Part shown: one piece after another, positions 28,145 to 37,761 of the stretch | Layout: each line of letters begins with the position of its first letter | Numbering within the stretch: position 1 is the first letter of the stretch | Virus record (IMG/VR): IMGVR_UViG_3300032421_000010 | Span: 1 to 41,698 of that record | Length of the DNA: 41,698 nucleotides | Source of the DNA: a virus | Taxonomy: Duplodnaviria; Caudoviricetes | Reading direction: 5' to 3' (one strand) | Program-made: the position numbers and the translations under genes | The notes under the pieces: model-generated | Seen by the model: the letters and a program-made list of their open reading frames with translations, nothing else | What the model was told of the DNA's origin: nothing | Database searches by the model: none

Positions 28145-28831
28145 TTAATCACTAGGTACGGGCGTATTGTTGAACGGCATCGGTTCAGCTGTTTCTTGGG
28201 GAGCCGCCTCATATTGAGCGATTTCTTCCTCGTACTGCCCCCTCCAATAGTTCGCCCGTGATTCTTCACGGCGATATTCCATAATCTTCCAACAAACGTA
28301 CTTCACTACCGCCGGACAAAGCCGGGGGTCTAGGTCAACCACATCCGTTGCCGCCGACATTTTAATCGGCTGTGGAACGTAAATTAGGCCTATTGGATAA
28401 ACGTTAAGAGGCGTTGGAAACAGACCAAAATAAAGCGTGTTGCTGGTCGCATCCCTCTCAAAATAATATCCGGTCGGAAACCCAGGCAACTTCCACCATT
28501 GGACGTTATCCGCAAAGTCATCGAACTTTGCCGGACCAATCCTAATCCTGTTCACCGATAGCTTTACCATTGACATAAAATCATCCGGCAAAGCGTATAA
28601 CCTCTGACCCGATACCGTGTTCATGGTTGGGTCTTGGTTATAATTGTTCGGCAGATTGGACTTAATCCTACACAACGTCCGAGAGTTTATCTTTAACTGG
28701 GCCTCGTTCGCATACACCGTTACGTTTGCCAATGTGGCAAATACCGGGTTAAGCGGTTGTGGCTCCTTCGTTAGTTGGATAACCTCCTGCTGAACATCCG
28801 ATAAAGTGTAACTCGAATTGAATTGAGCCAA
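28145..28831 (-). CDS. Head-tail adaptor protein
   Basis: YANEAQ, TVSGQRLYALPDDF, GLFPTP motifs. Confidence 0.7.
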   Translation of the reverse strand: MAQFNSSYTLSDVQQEVIQLTKEPQPLNPVFATLANVTVYANEAQLKINSRTLCRIKSNLPNNYNQDPTMNTVSGQRLYALPDDFMSMVKLSVNRIRIGPAKFDDFADNVQWWKLPGFPTGYYFERDATSNTLYFGLFPTPLNVYPIGLIYVPQPIKMSAATDVVDLDPRLCPAVVKYVCWKIMEYRREESRANYWRGQYEEEIAQYEAAPQETAEPMPFNNTPVPSD

Positions 28832-29164
28832 TTAAAGTGCGCCTTTGGGTAACACAATCCAATCAAAAGTAATGTCCTGCGAAGCGTTGGCTCCATCAAC
28901 GGTCGAGACAACGAACGTTCCGTTGGTCCCATTGGTCCGTTGATAAGTCCCGCCGCTATTATACTTGGCCTCAAACGGACGACCATGACAACCGAAAGAC
29001 GGTTCGTTCTGCAAAATGTCCACCATTGAATCAGTGGTCAAATCACCACAGTCAATGGTAACAGTAGCAGAACCAGCCGGAATCGTATCGCTCCCATACG
29101 TTGCCGGTTGTTCGTTCATCCCGTGCTCAAAGGAACGTTGAGGGATTGAAATATTCAAAGCCAT
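28832..29164 (-). CDS. Putative virion/decoration protein
   Basis: Beta-rich; follows the capsid gene; RBS GGAGG. Confidence 0.55.
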   Translation of the reverse strand: MALNISIPQRSFEHGMNEQPATYGSDTIPAGSATVTIDCGDLTTDSMVDILQNEPSFGCHGRPFEAKYNSGGTYQRTNGTNGTFVVSTVDGANASQDITFDWIVLPKGAL

Positions 29165-29176
29165 AAGTTCCTCCGA

Positions 29177-29497
29177 TTAGGTATTACGAAACACCCGAAT
29201 TTGAATCTTAATGTTGGACGCAGGAGTCGTTCCGCCATCAACTTGCTTCACGCTGACAATACCCTGTCCGGCGTTAGAGAAAGTCGAACCAGAGCGGTCA
29301 TAGCAAAAGCCAATACAACCCGCCACGGGCTGAACAACAACAATGTCCACCAAATCTTGTGCGCTCAAATTACCGACAACCTGGGTTGCCTGTGAAGTCG
29401 AGGCCGTAAAGTCGCCCTCAATAACCGTGGCCGAACCCTTGCCGTAAGGCGAGGGAGACCCGTTATTGACAATGACCGGATTTAACAAAGCCGCCAT
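29177..29497 (-). CDS. Putative virion/decoration protein
   Basis: Beta-rich; follows the capsid gene; RBS GGAGG. Confidence 0.55.
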   Translation of the reverse strand: MAALLNPVIVNNGSPSPYGKGSATVIEGDFTASTSQATQVVGNLSAQDLVDIVVVQPVAGCIGFCYDRSGSTFSNAGQGIVSVKQVDGGTTPASNIKIQIRVFRNT

Positions 29498-29516
29498 TTA
29501 ATCCTCCGAGTGAGTT

Positions 29517-29540
29517 TGGGGGCCTCACACGAGACCCCCA
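29517..29540 (-). other. GC-rich hairpin after the capsid gene
   Basis: GGGGGTCTC-GTGT-GAGGCCCCC; no U-tract. Confidence 0.5.
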
Positions 29541-29553
29541 TCCCCATTTAAAA

Positions 29554-30522
29554 TTAAGCGGTGAGGTTAGTCCATCCGCCAGAAGTACGGCGCAACTCAG
29601 CGCCAAAAATAAGAGCCGAGAACACATACCCGACTTCGGACATGATGATGTCCAGGCCACTCTGCGGGCGTTCAGGATTATGAACCTCCATGAACCTCGA
29701 AGAGTGTTGCTTGACATGAACCACCGTGTCGTCAATCAGCCACATGTTATTGGCGGGCATATAGTCGTCCCAGTAGAGTTCGACCGTTCCGCCGCCCAAA
29801 CCACCACGGATGAAGATTTTCTCCAAACCGTAAGTGGCCTGACCGTTATCCTTGGCCTCATACGTCAAGCCCTGTCCCCAAATCGCTTTGCAACGGGAGA
29901 ACAGAGTACGAGTGGTCGGGCCAATGGTAGGCTTGTTGCTCAACCAAGAAGCGTTGTCAATCATCGTTTCCACGATAGAAGGACCGCTCAAGGTCGTGGC
30001 AGAAGTCGAGGTCTGTGGCGTCCAGTCCGGGTCGTTCGCAGGGTCCACACCGCCGAACACATCGGTCGGAGTGATGAACGATTGCAAACCAATCGGGGTG
30101 TTGGAAGTACCATCACCCGTCATAATACCGGTGGACATAAGCTGAATATGGCGCTGTTTGGCTTGGTACTTAGAAGCCTCAAGAGCCGTGATTTTGGTGT
30201 AAGGCGATTCACCAGCCCGGACCTGTTGGTCAAGCGTCAGCAACATATCGTTGATGACGTATTTCCAAGTGTATTGCTCATTGAGCAAGTCCGAGGTCTG
30301 AGAAGCCGTGAGAACAGCCGAGTTGCTGGTCGAAGAAATCCAGCTTCCGCCGGTGTCCTTCAAAGCAATGCGGTTCGGAGCATAATACAAGCCCCCGTCC
30401 TGTTTCTCATTCTTGTTGACAAACTTCATCAACGTAGGCGCAAGCGTATTGATGTTATCCCAAAATTTAGAAGGAATAACCGGCAATGCCTGCGTATTAA
30501 CATTAGGCGTAGTGGCACCCAT
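29554..30522 (-). CDS. Major capsid protein
   Basis: 322 aa after the scaffold; GDGT..TPIGLQ, FGGVD, YWDDYMP motifs. Confidence 0.8.
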   Translation of the reverse strand: MGATTPNVNTQALPVIPSKFWDNINTLAPTLMKFVNKNEKQDGGLYYAPNRIALKDTGGSWISSTSNSAVLTASQTSDLLNEQYTWKYVINDMLLTLDQQVRAGESPYTKITALEASKYQAKQRHIQLMSTGIMTGDGTSNTPIGLQSFITPTDVFGGVDPANDPDWTPQTSTSATTLSGPSIVETMIDNASWLSNKPTIGPTTRTLFSRCKAIWGQGLTYEAKDNGQATYGLEKIFIRGGLGGGTVELYWDDYMPANNMWLIDDTVVHVKQHSSRFMEVHNPERPQSGLDIIMSEVGYVFSALIFGAELRRTSGGWTNLTA

Positions 30523-30547
30523 TTATTTTCTCTTTCTCGACCGTTTC

Positions 30548-31408
30548 TTAGGCGGTCAACTTTTTATAGAGTTCAAGCACATTCTTGGGGTCGTCAGGAT
30601 TAACTCCGAACTGAGGAGCGTATTCCTTGATGATAGCGGAAACTTGGTCCCCGTTACCTTCCGAAGCCTTGAGCGCCTTTTGAACCTTGTCCAGAAGCGC
30701 CGGGTCTTTACCCGTGCTTACCGTGTCCGTCATGCCTTCCGGCAATTTCGGAGCTTGTCGTCTCCCTGAGAGGATGGCCTCATCCCTAGCTTCACGCATT
30801 ACTGCGTTGAACAAAAGGTTGGCATCCATGTCGGCGTAGGCACCCCACGCACGCTTTTCGGCTTGCGCTGGTGTCATCCTGGGCCAGTTGGCTTTAAGCT
30901 CCTGTTGCGCCCGGTCCATGACCATCTCTGTTAGCTTGGTCTGGAACTGGTCAAGGTGCTGTTCAGTTGCCCACGGATTCGCCTTCAAGATGGCCTGAGC
31001 GTCTCGCTCGGCATTGATTTGGGCCAGTTGGTCGCTGATTGGGCTGAAGCTAGATTCTAGCCTCTGTTGCACAATCGAATCAATCTGAGCCTGCGTCAAC
31101 GCTCCGTCATCCTTTGAAGCTCGGGGCGTTTTCGCTCCCGAACGTTCTGCTAGGATTTCAGAGTAGGGCCTTCCCTTTTCAACGGAATCTCGCCACATTG
31201 AAAGTCGTTCCCGGCTATCTTGGTCGGCCTGGAAAAACTGTTCGGCGTTTGCAATAATCCGCTGACTTTCACTATACCGATTCTCAAGCTCTGTAAGTTT
31301 GGCTTGCAGGTCGGGCGGAGGCGCTGGTGCGCTAGATGGCGCTGATGGAGTGGCTGGTGCAGTAGGCTCTGCGGGGGTTACGGCTGGTTGCTGATTTTGG
31401 TCAGGCAT
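30548..31408 (-). CDS. Capsid scaffolding protein
   Basis: Pro/Ala N-terminus, coiled coil, directly upstream of the capsid gene. Confidence 0.65.
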   Translation of the reverse strand: MPDQNQQPAVTPAEPTAPATPSAPSSAPAPPPDLQAKLTELENRYSESQRIIANAEQFFQADQDSRERLSMWRDSVEKGRPYSEILAERSGAKTPRASKDDGALTQAQIDSIVQQRLESSFSPISDQLAQINAERDAQAILKANPWATEQHLDQFQTKLTEMVMDRAQQELKANWPRMTPAQAEKRAWGAYADMDANLLFNAVMREARDEAILSGRRQAPKLPEGMTDTVSTGKDPALLDKVQKALKASEGNGDQVSAIIKEYAPQFGVNPDDPKNVLELYKKLTA

Positions 31409-31423
31409 TTCTTATCTCCTGTA

Positions 31424-31452
31424 ATTTTATATTTAAAAGCTGTGTCCGTCCA
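31424..31452 (-). promoter_or_regulatory. Candidate promoter TGGACG-N17-TAAAAT
   Basis: Intergenic, upstream of scaffold/capsid. Confidence 0.4.
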
Positions 31453-31464
31453 CTATTATTCTTC

Positions 31465-31491
31465 GGTTCTTTTTTACGGATAAAAAGAACC
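31465..31491. other. Inverted repeat GGTTCTTTTT-N7-AAAAAGAACC
   Basis: 10-bp perfect arms, intergenic. Confidence 0.6.
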
Positions 31492-31507
31492 TGATTTAAC
31501 GTTTAAA

Positions 31508-31816
31508 TCACATCAATCCTTGTGAGCCATAAGTATTATCCACCATAGCTTTTGCCCCAATATCCGCCATGCCGTTACCCGCAACGTTACGGATAAGGAT
31601 GGCCTCTAGGGCTCGTCTTGCCATAGGCGTAAGCCCTGCAAGGTTCTGAGTAACATTACTCGCCGCCTCTTTGCTTCCGCCACTCAGTTCTGGTGATTTG
31701 GCCCGAGCCATAGCAATAAGTCGAACCAAAGCATCGGGCGGAGCGAGTGCGCTCTGGTTTGGACTGAAACTCTTAACAGCTCCATATCCCACATCTCCTG
31801 GTTGAATGTTATCCAT
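31508..31816 (-). CDS. Hypothetical protein (MDNIQPGD...)
   Basis: In-frame ATG overlapping the portal end. Confidence 0.55.
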   Translation of the reverse strand: MDNIQPGDVGYGAVKSFSPNQSALAPPDALVRLIAMARAKSPELSGGSKEAASNVTQNLAGLTPMARRALEAILIRNVAGNGMADIGAKAMVDNTYGSQGLM

Positions 31817-33962
31817 TTGGTAATCTTTGTTGTGGCGTTTGTGGAGGCGGCGCTGGTATCGCCTGAATCGCCGCCTGTGAACTCTCGGCTTGTGTGGTCT
31901 GGGCAATCGTATTAAGCTCGGCCATAACGTTAGGCGGAATGATTTGACCCGCATCCGTAAGCGTCTTAATGACCCAGGCCATGGCCTCTTGGGCTTTAGC
32001 CCCCGCCAAGATTTCCTTGGTGTCGAGTTCACGTTCACGTTCGTTACGAGCAATCTCCATCTGAGTATTTGTCTGTTGCATCTGCATCATTCGCATCTGC
32101 ATCTCTTGTTCTTGCTTGCTGGCAATAGCTTGGTCGAACATGTCAATATACTTTGACTTGTCCGGTATCGGAGCCGCCGCAATCTGCATCCGGGCCGCCG
32201 CAATCGGAGCGAATGGAGCAAAAATTTTAGAGATGCCCTGTATCTGTGCGAAGCGTTGCGAAGGTGTCGCTGGCTGACTTACGTTCTCGTCAACGACATA
32301 TTCATACTCGCCCTTGGTAACATCGTTTCCGGTTATCGGAGCATTGCCAACAACTTGGGCTTGATTAAGAACAATTTTATCCGTGGCGTTTTTCTTTTCG
32401 CTGTCCGTCATAAATACAATCATTCGCTCATCTGTACAGTAGTTGCGAAGGAACCAAAGATACATACCACCAAGGGCTTTTTTGCAACGAACAAAATCCC
32501 TAAACCTGGGAGCCACTTTACCAAGGGCCTGTTCAATGAGGGCGTTGGTCTGGATGCCGGAATAGTTACCTGAGACGTTCGCCCCACTTAGAATGGGCTG
32601 TAACCCGGTGGTGTTCTGCATCTTCTGTTCGCGGTAGTTAATTAAGGCCATCATGTCTTGCGGAAGAACCGGCGGAACCGGGATTGCACGAATCTCTCCG
32701 GGTGTGCTAATCATCTCGTTTGGTTCGGTCGGAACCTTGGTGGCCTTGGCGGCAAGATTTCCCTGGTGATAGTAAGTCGGCCTTAACCGATAGTCAGCGT
32801 TGGCCGCAAGTCCGGCGGACACCAGTTGGATGTTCTGGGCCGGTTCACGCATCTTTTCAATGACGCCCTTGGCCCAGAACGCCTTGGGTCTGCGGTAGCA
32901 CTTAAACGTTGGGAAAGGAAAGAACGGATAAGGGTTGGGAACGTCAGAGAGAGTAATGTCCTTGGTGGTCAATATCTTGCGCCCATACGGGTACTTCTTC
33001 ACCCGCAACGGCTGTCCACCATTATCCGATAGTTGCTTGGCATACTGAGCAATAACCTTGGGTTGGAAATAGGCGCTCCCAAATCCGGGGTTCATCTTAA
33101 CCCAGGTGGTTATGTCCTCGATGCTTTTAAGCTCGGTGATGGTCGGGTCACGGAAATAGAACTCGGTCAAGATTGTCTGTTGGCGTCCATTCTTGCCGGT
33201 AAGCCAACTCATCATCCGGCCCATGCCAAGGAAGGCCGCCGTGCCAAGCCCGTCAATATAAACCGAGCCATCGTTGTTGGATGTGTTGAATGAATCAGAA
33301 ACATCGGCGTCTGATTTAATGGCGTCCTTAAACTGCGGGAACTTCTCTTGTAACTCATAGGTTGGAACCGGACGGCGGTGGAACATGTAGAGTGCGTCAT
33401 CTGGCGAAGTTGCCCGTGGTGATATACCAATTTGACGAGTATCGCAAACCTCGTGTCCGGGCCAAACAACACCCGATTCGGTCATCATTGGCTGGAACTT
33501 GTAAATCCCGTTACCCATCTGCCCCGCAAGGCGGAGCATATCCTCTTCCTTCTCTTTCCCGTGGTTGAGTTCTAACATGCAATAGTTTTGCACCCTTGTC
33601 ATAATCTCGGCGTCTAGAGATTGGTCCTCCTCGGTTGTCTTGCGAACGTAGTCCTTAACCTCGAACTGGGTTAGGAGGGTGGCATTAAAATCTACGGCCT
33701 CGGCGTAAATATCCTCTTTACATTCGTAAGGAAGTTTCTTCCGTTTAGAATAAAGATGGCCGTTGTATAAATCTTCGTACTTATTTGCGTCAAGAATCCA
33801 GGATGAGTTGTCCGACATGACCGAGAATTGATTTCGCCATTGGTCGGAATCGGTGACGCATTGGGCCACGAATTTTGCTAATTGTTTGGGGTCGTCGTTT
33901 TTGAGTTCGTTAATATCAACCGATTGTGATTCGGTGAATTTATCGAGTGGGAATAAAAGCAT
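31809..33962 (-). CDS. Portal protein (P22-like)
   Basis: 717 aa; G.GIYK, FWAKGVIE.MREP, SGIQTN, Gln/Met coiled-coil C-terminus; downstream of terminase. Confidence 0.85.
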   Translation of the reverse strand: MLLFPLDKFTESQSVDINELKNDDPKQLAKFVAQCVTDSDQWRNQFSVMSDNSSWILDANKYEDLYNGHLYSKRKKLPYECKEDIYAEAVDFNATLLTQFEVKDYVRKTTEEDQSLDAEIMTRVQNYCMLELNHGKEKEEDMLRLAGQMGNGIYKFQPMMTESGVVWPGHEVCDTRQIGISPRATSPDDALYMFHRRPVPTYELQEKFPQFKDAIKSDADVSDSFNTSNNDGSVYIDGLGTAAFLGMGRMMSWLTGKNGRQQTILTEFYFRDPTITELKSIEDITTWVKMNPGFGSAYFQPKVIAQYAKQLSDNGGQPLRVKKYPYGRKILTTKDITLSDVPNPYPFFPFPTFKCYRRPKAFWAKGVIEKMREPAQNIQLVSAGLAANADYRLRPTYYHQGNLAAKATKVPTEPNEMISTPGEIRAIPVPPVLPQDMMALINYREQKMQNTTGLQPILSGANVSGNYSGIQTNALIEQALGKVAPRFRDFVRCKKALGGMYLWFLRNYCTDERMIVFMTDSEKKNATDKIVLNQAQVVGNAPITGNDVTKGEYEYVVDENVSQPATPSQRFAQIQGISKIFAPFAPIAAARMQIAAAPIPDKSKYIDMFDQAIASKQEQEMQMRMMQMQQTNTQMEIARNERERELDTKEILAGAKAQEAMAWVIKTLTDAGQIIPPNVMAELNTIAQTTQAESSQAAIQAIPAPPPQTPQQRLPNG

Positions 33963-34224
33963 CTAGTTTGTCCACCTTGCCCGTCAAGAGATTGTTTTTA
34001 TAATACCCATCCAACAGAAGTTGGATTCTCTCTCGGCCTACCCGCATTACTTGGTGCGCTGAATGAACGAAGTACGGGGAGCCAATGGCACGGTCAAGCT
34101 GTGATGGAACGAACTGATAAGCCTCCATGCCACAATGAGGACAGGTGTGGTTGCTCCGACCCGGTATAGCATCGGTGGCTATGGACACATAACGGCAAGA
34201 CCAACAGGAGCGCTTATTTTGCAT
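33940..34224 (-). CDS. Zn-ribbon hypothetical protein
   Basis: CWSC...CPHCG. Confidence 0.55.
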   Translation of the reverse strand: MQNKRSCWSCRYVSIATDAIPGRSNHTCPHCGMEAYQFVPSQLDRAIGSPYFVHSAHQVMRVGRERIQLLLDGYYKNNLLTGKVDKLDAFIPTR

Positions 34225-34489
34225 CTTTTTCCTTTGGCGCTCCGATGGACTTTAACAATTCTATTGGGTTTATGGGCTCCGTGTCAACCTTATCATTCTT
34301 TTCCGTGGTTATTCCCAGGTGATACATTGTCCTACAATGTGGGCAGGATATACGAACCCATGAGTTCTCATCCAAGAATCCGTCAAAGAGTATGTATTTT
34401 GCCCGATTCTTGCGCCGTCCTTTGCGTGTCATATTCTTAAAATGCGAACAATCCCCATTCTCGCAATAGTAATATTTATGTGTACTCAC
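34214..34489 (-). CDS. Zn-ribbon hypothetical protein
   Basis: CENGDC...CPHC; GTG start inferred. Confidence 0.55.
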   Translation of the reverse strand: MSTHKYYYCENGDCSHFKNMTRKGRRKNRAKYILFDGFLDENSWVRISCPHCRTMYHLGITTEKNDKVDTEPINPIELLKSIGAPKEKDAK

Positions 34490-35210
34490 GGGTGCCCATG
34501 TTCCTTTCGTCAACAGGATTGGTCGGTTGAGCAATCATGTCGAGTATCGTCTTTTGTGGCGGTGGCAATGGCTTGGGCGCAAACAAGTCCATTGCCTTTA
34601 ACCGCCGTAAATAATTAGAGATATACAGCGCCGATACCCTATCGTCCAACTTACCGTGTCCGGCGGCCAACTTCCCCGTCTTATTGTTGGGTATAAAGAA
34701 ACCAAGCTGAGAGATTGTCTCTGGGTCAAAAATAAAGACGGCCCGTTGTCTCTCGCTCACCTTGGGCGATATAGAATTGCCAACATCCGTGATAAGCCAG
34801 TCAATCGAGACGGACCGATACTTTGCCGGATTCCACCCATAATCGCTGGCCGATGTTCCGGTCATCGAGCCCATCTTGGTTGCGTGAAAGAAAATATTCG
34901 GATACTTTCTCTCAAGTAAATACTGTATTACAACAATACCGTGCTTCTCGTTCTCTATCCCAACCTCACATTGGTTGAAATAGTAAGCCCCCTTCTCAAC
35001 CTCTCTTGCCATGTCCTCGGGATTGATAACCCCGGCGCAAATGGCATCCTGCCGACCATCTTCTACGCAAAGTATCGTAGCGCAGGATTCGTTGGCCCCC
35101 AACTTACCAGAGGCGGTATCAACTCCCATGACGTAGTTTCTGCCATCAGCGGGACGCCTGAATATCTGCCAACGACCACCCTCGATTGGGTTATCTTTAA
35201 CCGTGGTCAA
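34476..35210 (-). CDS. Terminase large subunit, RNase H-like nuclease domain
   Basis: YVMGVDTASG, GIENEKHG, GKLDDRVSA. Confidence 0.85.
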   Translation of the reverse strand: MTTVKDNPIEGGRWQIFRRPADGRNYVMGVDTASGKLGANESCATILCVEDGRQDAICAGVINPEDMAREVEKGAYYFNQCEVGIENEKHGIVVIQYLLERKYPNIFFHATKMGSMTGTSASDYGWNPAKYRSVSIDWLITDVGNSISPKVSERQRAVFIFDPETISQLGFFIPNNKTGKLAAGHGKLDDRVSALYISNYLRRLKAMDLFAPKPLPPPQKTILDMIAQPTNPVDERNMGTREYT

Positions 35211-35758
35211 TGGACAAATATCGCCGGGCCCGTTATTTTCTCATCCATAGACACGCCGCAATACTCGCATTGTGGCTCGGCCTTCTCGGTTGTCAACGTA
35301 ACATCGAAAGACTTACACTCCTTATTCGAGCAACGCCAGTCCTTTTTCTTAACCACGCCAGCCTTTATGTTCTGTTCTTCCCTAATCTTAGCCAACTGTG
35401 CCTGTGTCTCGTCATTCCTTTTCTCCGCTTCCTTCTCGTCAAATATCCAGCCATCGTACTCCTCTGGCGTCAATACGCACCCAATATCGCTGGCCCGTAT
35501 GCAAACAATATTCTTACCCAGAACCTCATACTGTATCTGTCCAAATTTCTCCCAACTAATAACATCCCCAGCCAGTACGTCAACCGGAATCCTCTCGCCA
35601 GTAGGAAGAATCATCCCCGGACCAGCCGACACAACCATGCCAACGTTGACTATCGCCTGTCCGTCCTTAACCGCCTGGGTTGCCAGAATAATCCCAGACT
35701 TTAAAACCTCCGGCATAATACCGACCTTAACAATAACCCTGTCGTTCAAAGCTCTCAT
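35207..35758 (-). CDS. groES: GroES/Cpn10-like co-chaperonin with C-terminal Zn ribbon
   Basis: RALNDRVIVK..SGIIL..GMVVSAGPG..GDVI..KFG..IRASDI; CSNKEC...CEYCG tail. Confidence 0.8.
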   Translation of the reverse strand: MRALNDRVIVKVGIMPEVLKSGIILATQAVKDGQAIVNVGMVVSAGPGMILPTGERIPVDVLAGDVISWEKFGQIQYEVLGKNIVCIRASDIGCVLTPEEYDGWIFDEKEAEKRNDETQAQLAKIREEQNIKAGVVKKKDWRCSNKECKSFDVTLTTEKAEPQCEYCGVSMDEKITGPAIFVH

Positions 35759-36693
35759 TGCTCACCCCCAAAATATAGTTCGGCTGGAACCCCATCCGAC
35801 TGAATCTTCCTAAAAAAACTCAAAGCGTCCAAATTAAACGGCGTCTTACCAAAGACCTGTAGGTACTTACCATCAAACCGCACCGCCGCCTCTTCTGGCG
35901 ACCTTAAAGCTACCTGCCGTCTCTGTTCTGCAATCGCTGTCGGGTCGAGCATTGGGTTCGCCGACATTGGAATGTTCTCCCCAACAAGCGTGATATTCTT
36001 CGCTTCTGGCTTGCCCTCCTGAACCGGCTTAATAATGCGGTCCCAAAGGAACGTGATGTGTTCCTCAAACAGGGTTGCGCCAAGGAGGGTTTGCCCGTTG
36101 GTGTCAATGGTTCGCATGTGGGCGGCGTCCCAGACCTCTTCGCTTGGTTGCTCATCAAAGGCGAGACGATGGACCTTAGAACCCTCGTAAGATTGCGGGT
36201 CCCGGAGATACGATTCCTCCGATTTAATATAGACCTCAGACCAGTTATTGTACCCATTCTTGATATAAAACGCATGCTTTTGGAGGTTGAGTTCGTAGTG
36301 TTTTCCACCGACCATTAGCTCCTTGAACTTAGGCTCAATGACCTGCTCAATCTTATTGTTCGTCCCCACCGACAGCCAAATCGTTGCGTTTTTAGGCGTC
36401 TTTATCTTCGGGTTCGGATGCCTCCCCTGGGCGTATGCCACTAGGTCGTAACACATCCAACTGGTCTTGCTCAGGCGATTCGAGGTTATGGCGCACAGGT
36501 ACTTCCTCAGCGATTGTAACAACGGCATCATGTAATCGAACGGCTTGTACAGGAGCAGCGGGTCCGTCTTTCTTGTCGTCCGTAAATGTTGGCTCAGGGA
36601 TGCCAGACGGATGTATTTCTCGATAGCCTCCTGAGAGAGCCCCTGGTTCCGAAGCGGCTTTAATGAATCTTTGGACGACCGGCTTTTCACCAT
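35755..36693 (-). CDS. Terminase large subunit, ATPase domain
   Basis: SNRLSKT Walker A variant, AFDEQP Walker B, GATL motif III, NPML...RFDG; RBS GAGGA. Confidence 0.8.
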   Translation of the reverse strand: MVKSRSSKDSLKPLRNQGLSQEAIEKYIRLASLSQHLRTTRKTDPLLLYKPFDYMMPLLQSLRKYLCAITSNRLSKTSWMCYDLVAYAQGRHPNPKIKTPKNATIWLSVGTNNKIEQVIEPKFKELMVGGKHYELNLQKHAFYIKNGYNNWSEVYIKSEESYLRDPQSYEGSKVHRLAFDEQPSEEVWDAAHMRTIDTNGQTLLGATLFEEHITFLWDRIIKPVQEGKPEAKNITLVGENIPMSANPMLDPTAIAEQRRQVALRSPEEAAVRFDGKYLQVFGKTPFNLDALSFFRKIQSDGVPAELYFGGEQ

Positions 36694-37255
36694 ACAATTC
36701 CTCGCATAGTTTCATCCCCTCTTGTATGGCCTCTTCTACGTCAATGTCGCCCATAATATCGGCGTTGGATATGTCAACCTTGGACAACCCGAACTTATCC
36801 ATCGTCTGCGTGATAAGCTCAAGGAACGCCTTCTTGTCCTTCATGTCCACCAACTGCGCCCCGTGTTTCTTCTGGCAATCCGGGCACGTTAGCTGTTCAC
36901 CCTCAAGGATGCGGTTAAAATCCCTTAACACCTTCTGCACCGACGGTATGCTCTCGATGATGATGCCCGAGACCTTCATCGAGCCCCTGGCAAGCCTCAT
37001 CCCCTGGAACTGCGTGGAGTTTATCTCTCGAAGAATATCCTCGTAAGACAACCCCATCCAACGCTCAATGGCCCGAGAATCTACCTGTTTCTGCCCCGTC
37101 TTGTCACGGTAGATGTTGAAGTCCATGAGCTTATCCAGGGCGTTCCATCTCTCCGCCTTGGTCTTATATGGACCCCTTGGGACCTCTAGTTGAAGCCTCT
37201 TAAACGTCTGTCTACTTTTTTTCTTTAGAGGCTTGTCGCTCGTCCCAGAGTTCAT
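36392..37255 (-). CDS. Putative terminase small subunit
   Basis: Position upstream of TerL; CPDC motif; inferred only. Confidence 0.45.
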   Translation of the reverse strand: MNSGTSDKPLKKKSRQTFKRLQLEVPRGPYKTKAERWNALDKLMDFNIYRDKTGQKQVDSRAIERWMGLSYEDILREINSTQFQGMRLARGSMKVSGIIIESIPSVQKVLRDFNRILEGEQLTCPDCQKKHGAQLVDMKDKKAFLELITQTMDKFGLSKVDISNADIMGDIDVEEAIQEGMKLCEELYGEKPVVQRFIKAASEPGALSGGYREIHPSGIPEPTFTDDKKDGPAAPVQAVRLHDAVVTIAEEVPVRHNLESPEQDQLDVLRPSGIRPGEASEPEDKDA

Positions 37256-37532
37256 TCATTTTCTCCTCGTGTGCCACCACGATTTTCTTTAGCAAATCCA
37301 CGATTGTCGGACCCTCACACACCATTCCCCCGACCTTCACCACAGCAGGATAAGTCGCCACCACCAGGGGGTCCAAACCAACAGGAAACGGAGCCTCTGG
37401 ATAACTCGGATAGTGGTCGCAAATTTTCTCGTACAAATCAACGAAGTAATCCTCAACCTCCGACCCCTGCTCTTCAACGATGTTCTTCCGAAACTTTCTG
37501 TAGTTCATATTCTCAATTTTTTCGCTCGCCAT
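37212..37532 (-). CDS. Hypothetical protein
   Basis: ORF track. Confidence 0.6.
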   Translation of the reverse strand: MASEKIENMNYRKFRKNIVEEQGSEVEDYFVDLYEKICDHYPSYPEAPFPVGLDPLVVATYPAVVKVGGMVCEGPTIVDLLKKIVVAHEEKMNELWDERQASKEKK

Positions 37533-37542
37533 ATCTAACCTT

Positions 37543-37761
37543 TCAATCCATCATTAACGACCGTTCTGTCTCCCTGGTTGGATACTCTCCAGCCACCTCC
37601 TCGTGGTTGCCAATAGAAGGCATCCCAATCGTGGGCGTGGGAGGAAGTCCAAACGTCTCCTCCCACCTTGACTTACGCCCGGTATGGTAGCCTATCCCCA
37701 GTACAAGTACTGTATAGGCTCCGGTCAAGAGTGCTCCGAGGAAAAAGCCCCACACAATCAC
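37543..37761 (-). CDS. Small membrane protein
   Basis: N-terminal TM helix; GTGA overlap. Confidence 0.6.
   Translation of the reverse strand: MIVWGFFLGALLTGAYTVLVLGIGYHTGRKSRWEETFGLPPTPTIGMPSIGNHEEVAGEYPTRETERSLMMD

Noticed and set aside
29517-29540. Rho-independent terminator after the capsid gene
   Set aside because: Hairpin lacks a U-tract on the coding strand
29680-30603. 307-aa antisense ORF over the capsid gene (also 34941-35813, 16720-17472 and other shadows)
   Set aside because: Antisense shadows of biased coding sequence with no recognisable motifs
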